From NCBI GenBank assembly GCA_964016885.1, contig OZ024741.1:9176001-9240000 (forward strand): a DNA stretch of 64,000 nucleotides. The letters are read 5' to 3'. Below the pieces are notes generated by a model. That model searched no databases. It was not told the origin of the DNA and saw nothing but the letters and a program-made list of their open reading frames with translations. Of the stretch, positions 59,001 to 64,000 are shown in pieces. The position numbers and the translations under genes were made by a program. Source of the DNA: Eledone cirrhosa (lineage: Eukaryota). Position 1 is the first letter of the stretch, and each line of letters starts with the position of its first letter.

Positions 59001-62000
59001 TGTTGTTGTTACTTTTGTTGTTACAGTTGTTGTCACTGTTGTTGTTACTGTTGTTGTTACTGTTGTTGTTACTGGTCTAGTTGTTACTGTTGTTGTCACT
59101 GTTGTTGTTATTGTTGTTGTTACTGTTGTTATTACTGGTCTAGTTGTTACTGTTGTTGTTACAGTTGTTGTTACTGTTGTTGCTACAGTTGTTGTTACTG
59201 TTGTTGTTACTATTGTTATTACAGTTGTTGTTACTGTTGTTGTTACTGGTCTAGTTGTTACTGTTGTTGTTGTTACTGTTGTTGTTACTGTTGTTGTTAC
59301 TGTTGTTGTTACTGTTGTTGTTACTGTTGTTGTTGTTACTATTGTTGTTACTGTTGTTGTTACTGTTGTTGTTACTGTTGTTGTTGTTACTGTTGTTGTT
59401 ACTGTTGTTGTTACTGTTGTTGTTACTGTTGTTGTTACTGTTGTTGTTACAGTTGTTGTTACTGTTGTTGTTACTGTTGTTGTTACTGGTCTAGTTGTTA
59501 CTGTTGTTGTTACAGTTGTTGTTACTGTTGTTGTTACTGGTCTAGTTGTTACTGGTCAGGTTGTTACTGTTGTTGTTACTGGTCTAGTTGTTACTGTTGT
59601 TGTTACAGTTGTTGTTACTGTTGTTGTTACTGTTGTTGTTACTGTTGTTGTTACTGTTGTTGTTACTGGTCTAGTTGTTACTGTTGTTGTTACTGTTGTT
59701 GTTACTGTTGTTGTTACAGTTGTTGTTACTGGTCTAGTTGTTACTGTTGTTGTTACTGTTGTTGTTACTGGTCTAGTTGTTACTGTTGTTGTTACTGTTG
59801 TTGTTACTGGTCTAGTTGTTACTGTTGTTGTTACTGTTGTTGTTACTGGTCTAGTTGTTACTGCTGTTGTTACTGTTGTTGTTGCTGTTGTTGTTACTGT
59901 TGTTACTGTTGTTGTTACTGTTGTTGTTACTGTTGTTGTTACAGTTGTTGTTAGTGTTGTTGTTACAGTTGTTGTTACTGTTGTTGTTACAGTTGTTGTT
60001 ACTGTTGTTGTTACTGTTGTTGTTACTGTCGTTGTTACTGATGTTGTTACGGTTGTTGTTACTGTTGTTGTTACTGTTGTTGTTACTGTTGTTGTTACTG
60101 GTCTAGTTGTTACTGTTGTTGTTACTGTTGTTGCTACAGTTGTTGTTACTGGTCTAGTTGTTACTGTTGTTGTTACTGTTGTTGTTACTGTTGTTGTTAC
60201 TGGTCTAGTTGTTACTGTTGTTGTTACTGTTGTTGTTACTGTTGTTGTTGTTACTGGTCTAGTTGTTACTGTTGTTGTTACAGTTGTTGTTACTGGTCTA
60301 GTTGTTACTGTTGTTGTTACTGTTGTTGTTGTTGTTGTTACAGTTGTTACTGTTGTTGTTACTGTTGTTGTTACTGGTCTAGTTGTTACTGTTGTTGTTA
60401 CTGGTCTAGTTGTTACTGTTGTTGTTACTGTTGTTGTTACTGTTGTTGTTACTGTTGTTGTTACTGGTCTAGTTGTTACTGTTGTTGTCACTGTTGTTGT
60501 TATTGTTGTTGTTACTGTTGTTATTACTGGTCTAGTTGTTACTGTTGTTGTTACAGTTGTTGTTACTGTTGTTGTTACAGTTGTTGTTACTGTTGTTGTT
60601 ACTGTTGTTGTTACCGTTGTTGTTACTGTTGTTGTTACTGTTGTTGTTACTTTTGTTGTTACAGTTGTTGTTACTGTTGTTGTTACTGTTGTTGTTACTG
60701 TTGTTGTTACTGTTGTTGTTACTTTTGTTGTTACAGTTGTTGTCACTGTTGTTGTTACTGTTGTTGTTACTGTTGTTGTTACTGGTCTAGTTGTTACTGT
60801 TGTTGTCACTGTTGTTGTTATTGTTGTTGTTACTGTTGTTATTACTGGTCTAGTTGTTACTGTTGTTGTTACAGTTGTTGTTACTGTTGTTGCTACAGTT
60901 GTTGTTACTGTTGTTGTTACTATTGTTATTACAGTTGTTGTTACTGTTGTTGTTACTGGTCTAGTTGTTACTGTTGTTGTTGTTACTGTTGTTGTTACTG
61001 TTGTTGTTACTGTTGTTGTTACTGTTGTTGTTACTGTTGTTGTTGTTACTATTGTTGTTACTGTTGTTGTTACTGTTGTTGTTACTGTTGTTGTTGTTAC
61101 TGTTGTTGTTACTGTTGTTGTTACTGTTGTTGTTACTGTTGTTGTTACTGTTGTTGTTACAGTTGTTGTTACTGTTGTTGTTACTGTTGTTGTTACTGGT
61201 CTAGTTGTTACTGTTGTTGTTACAGTTGTTGTTACTGTTGTTGTTACTGGTCTAGTTGTTACTGGTCAGGTTGTTACTGTTGTTGTTACTGGTCTAGTTG
61301 TTACTGTTGTTGTTACAGTTGTTGTTACTGTTGTTGTTACTGTTGTTGTTACTGTTGTTGTTACTGTTGTTGTTACTGGTCTAGTTGTTACTGTTGTTGT
61401 TACTGTTGTTGTTACTGTTGTTGTACTGTTGTTGTTACTCTTGTTGTTACTGGTCTAGTTGTTACTGTTGTTGTTACTGGTCTAGTTGTTACTGGTCTAG
61501 TTGTTACTGTTGTTGTTACTGTTGTTGTTACAGTCGTTGTTACTGTTGTTGTTACAGTTGATGTTACTGTTGTTGTTACTGTTGTTGTTACTGGTCTAGT
61601 TGTTCCTGTTGTTGTTACTGTTGTTGTTGTTACTGTTGTTGTTACTGTTGTTGTTACAGTTGTTGTTACTGTTGTTGTTACTGGTCTAGTTGTTACTGTT
61701 GTTGTTACTGTTGTTGTTACAGTTGTTGTTACTGTTGTTGTTACTGTTGTTGTTACTGTTGTTGTTACTGTTGTTGTTACAGTTGTTGTTACTGTTGTTG
61801 TTACTGTTGTTGTTACTGTTGTTGTTACTGTTGTTGTTACAGTTGTTGTTACTGTTGTTGTTACTGTTGTTGTTACTGTTGTTGTTACTGTTGTTGTTAC
61901 TGTTGTTGTTACTGTTGTTGTTACTGTTGTTGTTACAGTTGTTGTTACTGTTGTTGTTACTGTTGTTGTTACTGTTGTTGTTACTGTTGTTGTTACTGTT

Positions 62001-64000
62001 GTTGTTACTGTTGTTGTTACTGGTCTAGTTGTTACTGTTGTTGTTACTGTTGTTGTTACAGTTGTTGTTACTGTTGTTGTTACTGTTGTTGTTACAGTTG
62101 TTGTTACTGTTGTTGTTACTGTTGTTGTTACTGTTGTTGTTACTGTTGTTGTTACTGTTGTTGTTACAGTTGTTGTTACTGTTGTTGTTACTGTTGTTGT
62201 TACTGGTCTAGTTGTTACTGTTGTTGTTACAGTTGTTGTTACTGTTGTTGTTACAGTTGTTGTTACTGTTGTTGTTACTGTTGTTGTTACTGTTGTTGTT
62301 ACTGTTGTGGTTACTGTTGTTGTTACTGTTGTTGTTACAGTTGTTGTTACTGGTCTAGTTGTTACTGGTCTAGTTGTTACTAGTCTAGTTGTTACTGTTG
62401 TTGTTACTGTTGTTGTTACAGTCGTTGTTACTGTTGTTGTTACAGTTGTTGTTACTGTTGTTGTTACTGTTGTTGTTACTGTTGTTGTTGTTACTGTTCT
62501 AGTTGTTACTGTTGTTGTTACTGTTGTTGTTGTTACTGGTCTAGTTGTTACTGTTGTTGTTACAGTTGTTGTACTGGTCTAGTTGTTACTGTTGTTGTTA
62601 CTGTTGTTGTTGTTGTTGTTACAGTTGTGGTTACTGTTGTTGTTACTGTTGTTGTTACTGTTGTTGTTACTGTTGTTGTTACTGGTCTAGTTGTTACTGT
62701 TGTTGTTACTGTTGTTGTTACTGTTGTTGTTACTGTTGTTGTTACTGTTGTTGTTACTGTTGTTGTTACTGGTCTAGTTGTTACTGTTGTTGTTACAGTT
62801 GTTGTTACTGTTGTTGTTACTGTTGTTGTTACTGGTCTAGTTGTTACTGTTGTTGTTACTGGTCTAGTTGTTACTGTTGTTGTTACAGTTGTTGTTACTG
62901 TTGTTGTTACTGTTGTTGTTACTGTTGTTGTTACTGTTGTTGTTACTGGTCTAGTTGTTACTGTTGTTGTTACTGTTGTTGTTACTGTTGTTGTTACTGT
63001 TGTTGTTACTGGTCTAGTTGTTACTGTTGTTGTTACAGTTGTTGTTACTGTTGTTGTTACTGTTGTTGTTACTGTTGTTGTTACTGTTGTTGTTACTGGT
63101 CTAGTTGTTACTGTTGTTGTTACTGTTGTTGTTACTGTTGTTGTTACTGTTGTTGTACTGTTGTTGTTACTGTTGTTGTTACTGGTCTAGTTGTTACTGG
63201 TCTAGTTTTTACTGTTGTTGTTACTGGTCTAGTTGTTACGGGTCTAGTTGTTACTGTTGTTGTTACTGTTGTTGTTACAGTCGTTGTTACTGTTGTTGTT
63301 ACAGTTGTTGTTACTGTTGTTGTTACTGTTGTTGTTACTGTTGTTGTTGTTACTGGTCTAGTTGTTACTGTTGTTGTTACTGTTGTTGTTGTTACTGGTC
63401 TAGTTGTTACTGTCGTTGTTACAGTTGTTGTTACTGGTCTAGTTGTTACTGTTGTTGTTACTGTTGTTGTTGTTGTTGTTGCAGTTGTTACTGTTGTTGT
63501 TACTGTTGTTGTTACTGGTCTAGTTGTTACTGTTGTTGTTACTGGTCTAGTTGTTACTGTTGTTGTTACTGTTGTTGTTACTGTTGTTGTTACTGTTGTT
63601 GTTACTGTTGTTATTACTTTTGTTGTTACTGGTCTAGTTGTTACTGTTGTTGTCACTGTTGTTGTTATTGTTGTTGTTACTGTTGTTATTACTGGTCTAG
63701 TTGTTACTGTTGTTGTTACAGTTGTTGTTACTGTTGTTGTTACAGTTGTTGTTACTGTTGTTGTTACTGTTGTTGTTACCGTTGTTGTTACTGTTGTTGT
63801 TACTGGTCTAGTTGTTACTGTTGTTGTTACTGTTGTTGTTACTTTTGTTGTTACAGTTGTTGTTACTGTTGTTGTTACTGTTGTTGTTACTGTTGTTGTT
63901 ACTGTTGTTGTTACTGTTGTTTTTACTGGTCTAGTTGTTACTGTTGTTGTTACAGTTGTTGTTACTGTTGTTGTTACTTTTGTTGTTACTGTTGTTGTTA
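53082..64000. repeat. 12-bp satellite (ACTGTTGTTGTT)n with 15-bp ACTGGTCTAGTTGTT variants, over 10.9 kb, running off the window end
   Basis: Direct reading; identical ORFs offset by 1710 bp. Confidence 0.97.

Overview
Repeat-dominated, AT-rich eukaryotic (metazoan) DNA with no convincing host protein-coding gene; the SINE families and microsatellite load suggest a cephalopod such as Octopus (inference only). Nearly all ORF-track entries are translations of simple repeats. Real coding remnants are a 5'-truncated Dong/R4-like RLE retrotransposon in a (TAA)n tract with a second family's 3' end stacked behind it, two Penelope-like elements (PLEs), and a mariner C-terminal fragment. Also present are tRNA-derived SINEs, an RTE-like non-autonomous repeat and large satellites (pentamer 24.1-29.1 kb, 42-mer and 16-mer 39.9-44.2 kb, 12-mer 53.1-64 kb). 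The most striking signal is that many short islands between (TA)n tracts are fold-back (inverted plus direct) fragments carrying minimal type I hammerhead ribozyme motifs from about 8 sequence families. These include a U3-A8 core variant, two families with very long stem II insertions, and copies with pairing-preserving substitutions. All motifs and folds were read by eye, and repeat boundaries are approximate.
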